DNA from: Acutalibacteraceae bacterium
GTDB lineage: Bacteria > Bacillota > Clostridia > Oscillospirales > Acutalibacteraceae
NCBI GenBank assembly: GCA_045628495.1
Contig: JAZQPL010000072.1
Coordinates: 41,118-105,117, forward strand
Direction: 5' to 3'
DNA: 64,000 bases
Of the stretch, positions 28,501 through 35,584 are shown in pieces. The position numbers were made by a program, and so were the translations under genes. The stretch's first letter is position 1, and each line of letters begins with the position of its first letter. The notes beneath the pieces were generated by a model, which saw nothing but the letters and a program-made list of their open reading frames with translations, made no database searches and was not told the DNA's origin.

Positions 28501-30564
28501 ATAAGCGGCGTAAGTATAGGAGCATCAAGTGTTAAAGCAGATGAATATGCCGGTGCGGTTGCCGGAAATATTCAGTCAACAAATTCTGCAATCACATTAT
28601 GTTCGGTAACCAGCTGTGAAATTTCAGCAGATTATGCGGCAGGAATTGTCGGAATGGTTTCGGGCAAAGCGAGTGTAATAAGCTGTGAAGTAGAATCTTC
28701 TGAAATAAAAGGTGCTTTTGCGGCAGGTGCTGTTGCAGGATTGGCAAGTGCAGAGAAGTTTGAAGTTTTATCATGCAGCACTTCGGCTGATGTAACCGCT
28801 GAAAATGCAGGTGCTCTGATAGGCATAGAAGAAAAGAATGCCGTTATTGACAAATGCGCAACAAACGGTTTGGTTGCAGGTAAATATTCAGAGGGCGGCG
28901 TAATTGGTATTTCTGATGATACAGTAAGTATTAAAAATACAAAATCCTTTGCTTCTCTTTCAGGCAAAGCAAAACACAGCGCTGCATTGATTGGTATTTT
29001 TGCAGTTAAGCCTGAAGATAACGAAGCTTTCTCGGATTCATTCAGCTCAAATACTGTTTCTGGAGAGTTTGACGAGTTTGAACCGTCGGTTATGAAATAT
29101 CAGAATTTCGTTCCTGCAAACCGGGAAGAAATAAAGCCGCAGCTTAACGGTGAAGGCACAAAGGATAATCCGTACATTATTTCCTCAGCAAAGGATTTTG
29201 CTGAAATTCCGGATTCTTCAACAGCTTATTTCGAATTGGCTGATGATATTAAACTTTCAGCAAGCGATTACGGCGTTTCATACGATAAGAGCGGTAAAGC
29301 AGTTTACGGGGTTTTCAACAACGGATATAAACCGATTAAGAATTTTGCAGGTGTATTTGACGGAAAGGGTCATGTAATCAGCGGATTGTATATTGATTCA
29401 GAGTCTGATTATGTAGGTTTATTTGCAAATATCACTGCATCAGGTGTTGTTAAAAACCTTCATGTAGAAATTCTTGATAAGAGCGAAGGGCTCGGCTTTG
29501 ATTCCGTAACAGGCAGAAATTATGTTGGCGGTATTGCAGGTTACTGTGATTCGGTTAACGGTATTGAAAACTGCTCGGTTGTCGGCGGAAGCATAAACGG
29601 CAACAATACAGTCGGCGGAATAGCAGGCGGAATAGCAGGTTCCGAAATAATAAATTCAGTTGCGATTACTGAAATCAACGGCCAGAATAAATCAGGCGGT
29701 ATTGCAGGTACAACCACAGGAGAGTGTATTATTAAGAATTGCGCAGTATTGTGTGATGTTAATGCCGCAGGCGGAACTCTGGTTGGTGTTAATACAGGAA
29801 CGCTTTCCCTTACAGATGTATTTGCAAACGGTTGTTCATACGGTTTGGGAGCAGTTGCAGTAGAAACAAATAACGGAACAATAAATGCTCAGAATGTTCT
29901 TGTTTCAGGTGAGAACGATGCAGATAAATCATCTGTTCTTAAAGCTCAGAAAGCAGAGAATGTTTATTGCGACAGAACCTTGCTCAGAGCTTACGATGAT
30001 AATATCAAGCCTATGACAACAGAGACTCTTACTTCGTCAAAGCCTGACGGACTTGAAAGTTGGACTCAGGTTAAAGGAAGATATCCTGTTCCGGTTATGG
30101 CAGACAGTTATGCTAACGAAAAAGCAGCCCTTGCCGCTGTTCCCGGTGAAGCTAAACCTGTTGAAAAGGCAACCGGTAATGTTTCAGTAAGCTATAAGCT
30201 TTCCAACAAATCAGACGATGCAACATTGAATAATCAGGTTATCGGAATTCTTATGAAATCTGTTAACGGCAAGAAAATTGTAACTGAAGATTTCTTTACA
30301 AATTGCAGTTCTGATGAAGTTAAGTTAAATAAACTTCTTGTTACAACAGGAGGATTCTATATAGATTCTTCCTTGCCCCAGGGATTTAAAATTCAGGTTT
30401 CTGCAAAGGATTCTTACGGCAACAAGCTTGCAGTTAAAGATGCAGGAAGCGAAGGGCTTTATGTTGAATCAGGAAGAGCAGATAATGTAACTCTTTCAAT
30501 CGAAATTGTTAATACAGACATTCCATGGGGAGCTTACTCCCTGTGGGAGAGTCTTGCAAGATAA
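22540..30564 (+). CDS. giant (2674 aa) secreted GLUG-motif / beta-helix repeat protein, putative adhesin or fibre-associated protein
   Basis: GGAGG lies 8 nt before ATG 22540. Signal peptide is MKKRFIERVLVLMLSMAVLLSSTGAYSAFAVS. Six modules open with G.G(T/S)..(N/S)P(Y/F).(I/V)....(E/D/T/F)L, at about nt 22774, 24137, 25201, 26866, 28174 and 29143. Each continues with F(S/T/N/A)G.(F/L)DGNG(Y/H/N).I.GL and ..GLFG. Long runs of GG(I/V)(A/I/V)G units follow, as in IgA1-protease-type GLUG regions. No LPxTG, SLH, dockerin or C-terminal TM is present. Confidence 0.8.
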   Translation: MKKRFIERVLVLMLSMAVLLSSTGAYSAFAVSKNGFMSFSAIKSSSSAAKNEQETTTPESDSVEPNLVSDGGTVEAVKLNGKGTAENPYIVSNADELFAMQSVANDSTSGDKYFVLTKDIDLSGVSYSEMNDNSVLPGTIVSVDKAVCNAAPDEAKFILEGNNHKIFGLNITNNGSSAVGIFGYISPKSVIKNVVFEDISVNVSYSGSVSSSVIAVCNNGEISGCTVKNVALNISASANGGVSSKTVGKLKIKNSTGLIGRNNGKICDMDISKVTVDISAGKDTIAVVSGMNSGTISNITVNKSSVKAVKSDNIGGVAGKNSGKIESATVNGIKIKVDKKAVCGGIVGENSGIIDSCVVSGSVTGSSYSGGIAGYAVSESKSTVKNCYSLAGVSANNETGAVIAAGKSVTSGNVWSSDISGRIMAYENGSVDGKFNRENKLIVVRNGQSEILSKASLSGSFAGLTYSLDTSKDIAFDGEGITFSEDENSIVITADSADKTGKITYTSKVSVQAGCNGLSEIDVKFNTVVLTVPEGTAGDGLTEASALEIKNSAELSMIKSAPFANYILSKDVTMSESWDSSISFTGTLNGNGNTIKARKNLFKFTNGKVYNLNVVLCASIKTAVFGNAYNAKFSKVKLSAQKSEDGFIGLKTDKSNTATFINTARGNITISNCFTSVPVNVNGSGLKNIAGFIAVLDTDNAVISSSGSLTSITVKDGCKISSSAAFIASADGNKNGKINDCYATLYSDDVKNILIASGDSSIKMTDSVFSSSSSKAVAAPKKFVNIEGKKWAFESGEFGFVSAEGSVVSIAIPVNVIKGASADDFKVMFDSEVLKVNSEKLTVKDNVLNIPVEAAKPGVTIKNSALVVTHKGTGLRAEISLSNGLEKDKDGNYIINCGADFLFINNDFDNFCDKSFILSGNIDMSGIDFSTIGGASGKFTGKLDGNGYTVKGLKINGTAKAGLFGTVDGAKIVNIYFEDAVVNASNDYAGVLAAQITGNTTIKAVNFKNCSVISTGNYAGIAAGETDGIKLYGISVENSSVKALNYAGFVVGKAENSEIKNISAKNVKASGENNIGLFGCTENSKLEKIAVNNGIVSGGKFVGGISGSAEESEISNVKVNGTTVSAAADVMASAPVAGGVCGFLSGKLNGAVVKSLEVKSSGSSAVAGGVAGITENAEISNAEVYGDVKVSAYVVGGIIGEAENNTSVYNSKSLAAVCGSDTQLRVVTGAGGVIGRVKADDFATVKISKVNVSGKITAVDSVGGIIGSVISEKADGVSVKDCVCAAEIVVTSDNGMKISGCIIGNVTELKSDALEKSVEGIVYSSYGSGLNAIGTADVKSGYYDADKAVKAVVPDLIKTRAENKISVSTGDIKKYGFVFDSDKGWQSESAKRIVVVDSSENQVKIKAVRSGNVGIAAEYKLSADKDIVIKVHFNVKSEIATTLKGEGTKSNPYVINNAFDLENVSYYSGENSCFVLNNDIKFSADAFKFSGDFYNEGCGFTPIGSKENPFNGKFDGNGHKISGLCVNSEDGALFGYASDAEIKNVTVEKATITGNNSAAAVVARLVDSEITNVFVTGCNVVATDVEGSASAVVAYAKNSKIENVNVESAEITACPAEFKEKNASAGAVCARVTDVTVNKVTVNGADVVSNGFAGGFIGYCDNAIISNSKTVAEIKGNIAGAVSADTAGKLTAENIVAGGTVYGHELAAGLSAKSDAPVVCKNVIISAKVKGEGVSAVVTAKADESIFTDSADSEVVLENIVYSSYQNNLKPFGDKKINMFQSADYVGNVYDANVAEVKEGNSLVIGKDKTDVFGSIKSEFDFSKFVCENIYSVPEGLVKYNKADNTVTAAGTNVDGAQLVIRFDNGIEIAVPMVSVVGLTGNGSDVSPFVVNSEDTLKLLKVYPESNFKMSGDVELKNVWTPVENFSGKFDGNGYTISGLNIKADNAGLFNTVSGKAVIKNISFTDAVIEGKASAGVLAANVSEDAQISGVSIGASSVKADEYAGAVAGNIQSTNSAITLCSVTSCEISADYAAGIVGMVSGKASVISCEVESSEIKGAFAAGAVAGLASAEKFEVLSCSTSADVTAENAGALIGIEEKNAVIDKCATNGLVAGKYSEGGVIGISDDTVSIKNTKSFASLSGKAKHSAALIGIFAVKPEDNEAFSDSFSSNTVSGEFDEFEPSVMKYQNFVPANREEIKPQLNGEGTKDNPYIISSAKDFAEIPDSSTAYFELADDIKLSASDYGVSYDKSGKAVYGVFNNGYKPIKNFAGVFDGKGHVISGLYIDSESDYVGLFANITASGVVKNLHVEILDKSEGLGFDSVTGRNYVGGIAGYCDSVNGIENCSVVGGSINGNNTVGGIAGGIAGSEIINSVAITEINGQNKSGGIAGTTTGECIIKNCAVLCDVNAAGGTLVGVNTGTLSLTDVFANGCSYGLGAVAVETNNGTINAQNVLVSGENDADKSSVLKAQKAENVYCDRTLLRAYDDNIKPMTTETLTSSKPDGLESWTQVKGRYPVPVMADSYANEKAALAAVPGEAKPVEKATGNVSVSYKLSNKSDDATLNNQVIGILMKSVNGKKIVTEDFFTNCSSDEVKLNKLLVTTGGFYIDSSLPQGFKIQVSAKDSYGNKLAVKDAGSEGLYVESGRADNVTLSIEIVNTDIPWGAYSLWESLAR

Positions 30565-30594
30565 TTATTTACCAAAGGATATGAGGGTTGAAAA

Positions 30595-31170
30595 ATGAAA
30601 ATCAATTTTAAACCGGTTAAAAATATAATATTGCTCATAGCTTCGGCCCTCACTTTGGTGGCTGTCACTTTTGCGTGGTATTCATTAAGTAAAAATGTCG
30701 GTAATTTTCAGCTTGATTCTGATGTTTCAGGTTCAACACTTTCTGTTAATTACTTTGTTTCTTCTGACGGCGGCAAAAATTATTCAAAGCTTATCGGCGA
30801 TATTTCAATGAATAATGTTGCCGAAGGTCAGGTTGAGTATTACAGAATGGATGTAAAAACATTCAAAGATAAACCGGTGAAGCTTATCATGAGCTTTGAA
30901 GGACTGACTTCGAACAACATCAGTTCTCATGTATATTTTGATTATACTCTCAAGCGTAAGGACACGGGCGTAGTGCTCAGCGAAGCTCAAAAGCTTAAAA
31001 TGTCTGATTATGTTTCAAATAATGTTTTTGCATTTGATGTTTCTTCGTTTCAGAGTTCCGGCGTTAATGAATATGTAATTGATTATAATGTATATGTTGT
31101 TTCAGACGGAGAAAGTATATCCGGTTCATCTTCTTTGGGAGAAGTTAAAATTACCGGTCAGCAGGTATAA
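30595..31170 (+). CDS. small secreted protein with SipW-type signal peptide (putative minor fibre subunit 1)
   Basis: N-terminus MKINFKPVKNIILLIASALTLVAVTFAWYSLSKN. The ~160-aa mature part looks beta-rich (VEYYRMDVKTFKDKPVKLIMSFEG). Confidence 0.55.
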   Translation: MKINFKPVKNIILLIASALTLVAVTFAWYSLSKNVGNFQLDSDVSGSTLSVNYFVSSDGGKNYSKLIGDISMNNVAEGQVEYYRMDVKTFKDKPVKLIMSFEGLTSNNISSHVYFDYTLKRKDTGVVLSEAQKLKMSDYVSNNVFAFDVSSFQSSGVNEYVIDYNVYVVSDGESISGSSSLGEVKITGQQV

Positions 31171-31175
31171 CTGAT

Positions 31176-31823
31176 ATGAAAAAAAAGCCTGAAAAAGAAG
31201 TAAATCCAAAGGTTGAAAAAATCAAGAATATAATTAAAAGAATTTTGTCTGTTATTGCAGCTGTTTCTTTCGTTTTGGGACTTGTAATTTTTATTTCGGT
31301 TTTAAGAGCTAATAACGGTGAAGTGCCGAATATATTCGGTTTCAGTGTTATGAGAGTACAGACAGGAAGTATGGAACCGGAGCTGAGAGTCGGAAGCATT
31401 GTAATAACAAGGCATGTTCCTCAGGAAGAAATTTCCGTAGGAGACATTATAAGCTTTTACTCTATTGATCCGGGATTGAATAATCAGGTGGAAACTCACA
31501 GAATTGTGGAAGAGCATTATGTCGGTAAGGAAAGAGAGTACATTACAAAAGGTGATGCAAACCAGGCGGATGACAGTTATCCTGTTATTTACAGAAATGT
31601 AATAGGTAAGGTTATCGGGAATTTGGGAGTTGCATCCGGCTCAGTAATAGGTATTCTTCAGAACAAGAATGTTATTTTATTTTTAATTATTATACCGCTG
31701 GTATTTATTACTTTTTCTGAAGCGGTAAATCTTGTAAATCTGGTTATAGAAAGCAGAAAAACAGCGAAGGAAGAAAATTCAGATGAATCCGAAAATGAAA
31801 AGAAAAACAAAAGTTCTGATTAG
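31176..31823 (+). CDS. signal peptidase I, SipW type, paralog 2
   Basis: VQTGSMEPELRVGSIVI, VETHRIVEE and TKGDANQADD, with N- and C-terminal TMs and an acidic tail. Confidence 0.75.
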   Translation: MKKKPEKEVNPKVEKIKNIIKRILSVIAAVSFVLGLVIFISVLRANNGEVPNIFGFSVMRVQTGSMEPELRVGSIVITRHVPQEEISVGDIISFYSIDPGLNNQVETHRIVEEHYVGKEREYITKGDANQADDSYPVIYRNVIGKVIGNLGVASGSVIGILQNKNVILFLIIIPLVFITFSEAVNLVNLVIESRKTAKEENSDESENEKKNKSSD

Positions 31824-32292
31824 TTCAGTTTTAATCTGTATTCTTTCTTTTTTGCTGATGATAATATATATACCTAAAATTATGGGTTATCAATCGTTTT
31901 ATATTCAGTCAGGCAGTATGTCACCGTCTATTCCCAAGGGAAGCTATGTTTTTGTAAAAAGAGCAGAGTTTGAAAAAATAAGTGTCGGTGATGTGGTTAC
32001 TTTCAGGAACAACGAAGAAACAGAATTTTTCACTCATCGGGTAGTTGATATTGATGCTACCAACAAAATGTTTACAACTAAAGGCGATGCGAATAAAGAA
32101 AACGACCCTTCGGAAACGAGCTACTATTTTGCAGTAGGAAGGGTGGATTTTTCTATACCGGTTGTAGGCTATATTGCCGAGTTTTTTAATAAAACAGTAG
32201 GTAAGGTTGTTTTAGCAAGTGTATATATCGCATGGATTGCGATTGAGATAGAATTTATCGTTATGAAGCGAAAAGCTCCTCAGGAGGATTAG
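31783..32292 (+). CDS. signal peptidase I, SipW type, paralog 3
   Basis: IQSGSMSPSIPKGSYVFV, FFTHRVVDI and TKGDANKEND. It overlaps the previous gene by 41 nt (alternative ATG at 31795). Confidence 0.75.
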   Translation: MNPKMKRKTKVLISSVLICILSFLLMIIYIPKIMGYQSFYIQSGSMSPSIPKGSYVFVKRAEFEKISVGDVVTFRNNEETEFFTHRVVDIDATNKMFTTKGDANKENDPSETSYYFAVGRVDFSIPVVGYIAEFFNKTVGKVVLASVYIAWIAIEIEFIVMKRKAPQED

Positions 32293-32293
32293 T

Positions 32294-32959
32294 ATGAAGA
32301 AAAGGATTATTGCCGTTATAGCATCTCTTGCAGTGGTTATCGGACTTATGTCAAGCCAAAGCTCATATGCGTGGTTTGTAACATCAGTTAAGAGAGCGCA
32401 AAATATAAATATTGCCGTTGTTAATTACGATAGCGAAACTGAACTGCTCGGCACGGATGAGGCAGATTTTTACGGCAGAGCGTGTATTCTTCCGGGGCAG
32501 AATCTTGTTCTGGTTAATGATAAAGACGCAAAGCTGACAATGAACAATAATTCTTCTATTGATACTCAGATAAGAGTAAAAATTGAATATACAAGTTATT
32601 CCTCAGGTTCTGCAAAAACGGTTACATATTCAGGCAGCGGGGAAGATGACCTTGTTGTTGAGTTCGTAAATCCGTCACAGTGGCTTCCTTATGATAACGG
32701 AATGGACGGAACATATTTCTATTATGTCGGACCGGATAATAAATCCGCAAAGTTAACTGATATTGATAATGTGTATTCAATAACACCCTCAGTTCCAAGT
32801 GTTGATATTGTAAAATCCGTTTCGTACAGAGAAAATATTGATACCTCACTTTACACGGGCAACGAAGTAACTGTTAATATTATTTTTGAAGCAAAACAGG
32901 CAGATTATGTAGGCTGGAGCGCATTAGGTCAGTATCAGGTTAATTCGGGTATCAACTAA
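32294..32959 (+). CDS. small secreted protein with SipW-type signal peptide (putative minor fibre subunit 2)
   Basis: GGAGG RBS. N-terminus is MKKRIIAVIASLAVVIGLMSSQSSYAWFVTSVK. It starts 1 nt after the stop of paralog-3 peptidase. Confidence 0.55.
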   Translation: MKKRIIAVIASLAVVIGLMSSQSSYAWFVTSVKRAQNINIAVVNYDSETELLGTDEADFYGRACILPGQNLVLVNDKDAKLTMNNNSSIDTQIRVKIEYTSYSSGSAKTVTYSGSGEDDLVVEFVNPSQWLPYDNGMDGTYFYYVGPDNKSAKLTDIDNVYSITPSVPSVDIVKSVSYRENIDTSLYTGNEVTVNIIFEAKQADYVGWSALGQYQVNSGIN

Positions 32960-32962
32960 GTT

Positions 32963-33484
32963 ATGAAGATTAAACCGTTAAATGTTTTATTTAATATTTT
33001 AGCAATAGTAACTGTTATTTCAGTTTGCTTTGTGGGATTCAATGTGATAAACAAAGCAAAAGGTTATTCTGTTGTTACAGACAGTATGACTCCGGTTTAT
33101 AACAGAGGAGATGTTGTTTTTGTTAAGAAAACGGATTTTAATTCTCTTAAAGCAGGGGATATTGTCACGGTAAGATTTTATGACGAAAGCGGGTATTTTA
33201 CTCACAGAATAACAGAAATTGATTACAACGCGGGAATGTTCAGAACAAAAGGCGATGCAAACGAAAACGAAGACCCGCAGCCTTCCGAAAAAGAGCAGAT
33301 TGTCGGCAAGGTGTGGTACAGTGTTCCGCTTTTGGGATATATTTCAATATTCATTTCATCAATGAATTTAATAAAAATCAGTGTGATATTGGCAATAGTT
33401 GTAATCATACTTGTTACGGCAACAACTATTATTTCAAAATCTAAAAAATCTAAAACGAGAGGTGACAGCAATGAACAGTGTTAA
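32963..33484 (+). CDS. signal peptidase I, SipW type, paralog 4
   Basis: VVTDSMTPVYNRGDVVFV, YFTHRITEI and TKGDANENED, with N- and C-terminal TMs. Confidence 0.75.
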   Translation: MKIKPLNVLFNILAIVTVISVCFVGFNVINKAKGYSVVTDSMTPVYNRGDVVFVKKTDFNSLKAGDIVTVRFYDESGYFTHRITEIDYNAGMFRTKGDANENEDPQPSEKEQIVGKVWYSVPLLGYISIFISSMNLIKISVILAIVVIILVTATTIISKSKKSKTRGDSNEQC

Positions 33485-34118
33485 AAAAATATCTGCAATA
33501 GTTATGTCTTTGGTTCTCATCATGTGTGCGGGATATTTTTCAGTGATGTCACCGACTACGGCATGGTTCTATCAGTCACAGTCGGTCAGCGGAGCAAACA
33601 ATAAGTTCGTATTTGCTGATTTTGATATTGACGGGGAGTATTCGTTTGAAAAGCTTCTTACTTTTGACGGCGCCACGGCTTATGCAGACGAAACTGAAAC
33701 AATGTTTGATTCAGTTGTTAAAGTTATGGATGTTGAAGTTAAAAACGAAGGCGGACTTCCTGCAAGAGTTTATTCAACAGTTGAAAACAAAACAGAGTCA
33801 AAAGGGTTAAGATATTTTTGTTATACCGATGATATGATCGTAAACGGAAGTGTCAAAGAAACAATCAGAAAGGCTCTGAACAATAATCTTAACGACAGAC
33901 AGCTTGATGTTTACAACATAGGCGAAGACGGAAACGGCGGGTTTTATGTAAATTTGAATCCCGGTGAAACAAAAAAGGTTAAGGTTGCACTTTGGCTTGA
34001 ATATGACGAATGCAGTGCAGAACTTGCATTTGCCGAGTCAGCGTGGGAAACAGTTGATTATCAGATTGAAATTACTATGACAGCAACCGAAGATTTTGAC
34101 GGTGCTATGGAAAGATAA
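33471..34118 (+). CDS. small secreted protein with SipW-type signal peptide (putative minor fibre subunit 3)
   Basis: GAGAGGTG lies before ATG 33471; the track start at 33411 sits inside the peptidase gene. N-terminus is MNSVKKISAIVMSLVLIMCAGYFSVMSPTTAWFYQSQS. It carries VEVKNEGGLPARVY and KVKVALWLEYDEC motifs like the larger subunits. Confidence 0.55.
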   Translation: MNSVKKISAIVMSLVLIMCAGYFSVMSPTTAWFYQSQSVSGANNKFVFADFDIDGEYSFEKLLTFDGATAYADETETMFDSVVKVMDVEVKNEGGLPARVYSTVENKTESKGLRYFCYTDDMIVNGSVKETIRKALNNNLNDRQLDVYNIGEDGNGGFYVNLNPGETKKVKVALWLEYDECSAELAFAESAWETVDYQIEITMTATEDFDGAMER

Positions 34119-34141
34119 GTTTAAGGGCAGGGTTGATTGAT

Positions 34142-34744
34142 ATGGAAAAAAGCAGAAAAAAAATTGCTGTAATCATAGTCAGCATTGTTGCGATAATTGC
34201 TGTTGTGTCAGGTACACTTGCTATGTTTACAAGCAAAAGTTCTCTGGTTCAAAACGGCAAACTTTTCGGATTCAGCAGCAATGCCCGTGTTTATTTTGAA
34301 ACAGAAGACGGAAAAACAATGAATGCTTCTGCCGATAAAGACGGATTGTACAAACTCAGTCTTGACTCGAATGCAAAAAATTACATAGGAAATTTCAGAG
34401 TAAATGTGGTTAAAAAAGGTCGTTCAAAATGTTATGTCAGAGTAAAGCTTAATGTTGAGTGGACTTTACCTGACGGCACAGTGACTGAGAATATAATGCT
34501 CCCGTACAATTTTGCAGAAAAATGGTATGATAACCGCAGCAAGGATTATTGCGTTTATTATACTGAAAACAGCGGACTTGAAGAAGATTACGATAAATCT
34601 ATAATAACAGGGTTTGATGAACAGAAATTCCTTGAAGAAGGTCTTACAGAAACAGCTGTTCCCAGAGTTTCTGTTTCGGTTGAAGCTGTTCAGATTAACC
34701 GTTATCAACAGATTTGGGGCATTGAAAAGCTCCCGTGGGAATAA
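34142..34744 (+). CDS. small secreted protein with SipW-type signal peptide (putative minor fibre subunit 4)
   Basis: N-terminus MEKSRKKIAVIIVSIVAIIAVVSGTLAMFTSKSS, then FRVNVVKKGRSKCYVRVKLNVEW. Confidence 0.5.
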   Translation: MEKSRKKIAVIIVSIVAIIAVVSGTLAMFTSKSSLVQNGKLFGFSSNARVYFETEDGKTMNASADKDGLYKLSLDSNAKNYIGNFRVNVVKKGRSKCYVRVKLNVEWTLPDGTVTENIMLPYNFAEKWYDNRSKDYCVYYTENSGLEEDYDKSIITGFDEQKFLEEGLTETAVPRVSVSVEAVQINRYQQIWGIEKLPWE

Positions 34745-34765
34745 ATTTCAAAGGGATGACTTGTT

Positions 34766-35584
34766 ATGTCAGCAGAAAAGAATAAAAAACACAGAAAGCC
34801 TGCGGTGGGGAAGCCTGCCGCAGGCAGTAATAATAAAAGAGAGAAAACGGATTCACATAAAAAATCAGTTAAACAGACAAATGTAAAAAACAATAATAAA
34901 AGTGCCGCTAAAAACAAGAATATTAAAAATAAAAACGATAAGCCAAAACCTGTTTCAAAAAGCAGGAAAGAGAAGCTGAAAAAAACTGATTTTGCTCAGA
35001 AAAAATTATCCGTTAAAGAAAAATTTGAAAAATTCAGAAAAGATTATGATATCGGAAGAATTGCGCTGGCGATTGCTGTTGTAATAATTTTTATCGCAGG
35101 GATTATTATTCTGATTGTATCGTTGACAGGCAGGAATTATTCTGTTCCGGATTATGTGAAAGATGCGGGATATAAAGGCAGAACGGAGCCGGATTCTGTT
35201 GCCTTTGATATGGATATTTCTCTTAATCAGCAAAAATCACTTGTAAAGGCAACTAAAAGAAAAGGCGAAAAAAGGAAATTCGGATTTTTTATTAACGACG
35301 AGATTAAATTGGCGGAAAGTGATGAACCTGCTCTTTTGGAATTCGGCAATGTGGAATCAAATGACTGCGTTCTGGTGTTTTTCCTGTTTGACGAAAAAGG
35401 AAACGAAATTTACCGCTCATTAGGTGTTGCCCCTGGTAAGGAAGTCCGCTCTGCAAGTTTCTTTGATGAAATTTCATACGGGACTCATGATATTACAGTT
35501 GCGGTTATAGGATACGACCCGCAAACATTTGAAAAAACAGGAATGCAGACTTCTAAACTCAAACTGAAAATCGGTGTGGATTAA
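34766..35584 (+). CDS. type-II membrane protein: ~100-aa lysine-rich cytoplasmic tail, one TM, small ectodomain
   Basis: The N-terminal ~100 aa are K/N/S-rich and basic. TM helix is IALAIAVVIIFIAGIIILIVSL. The ectodomain (FGNVESNDCVLVFFLFDEKGNEIYRSLGVAPGKE) is paralogous to that of the next gene. Confidence 0.5.
   Translation: MSAEKNKKHRKPAVGKPAAGSNNKREKTDSHKKSVKQTNVKNNNKSAAKNKNIKNKNDKPKPVSKSRKEKLKKTDFAQKKLSVKEKFEKFRKDYDIGRIALAIAVVIIFIAGIIILIVSLTGRNYSVPDYVKDAGYKGRTEPDSVAFDMDISLNQQKSLVKATKRKGEKRKFGFFINDEIKLAESDEPALLEFGNVESNDCVLVFFLFDEKGNEIYRSLGVAPGKEVRSASFFDEISYGTHDITVAVIGYDPQTFEKTGMQTSKLKLKIGVD

Noticed and set aside
23088-29863. About twenty 60-155-aa ORFs on both strands inside the giant gene
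   Set aside because: All are nested in an 8-kb ORF with consistent modular protein repeats. None has an RBS or recognisable motifs.
33411-33470. Upstream start for the 33411-34118 ORF
   Set aside because: That start lies inside the SipW-4 coding region. ATG 33471 has a GAGAGGTG RBS and gives a typical n-region/h-region signal peptide.
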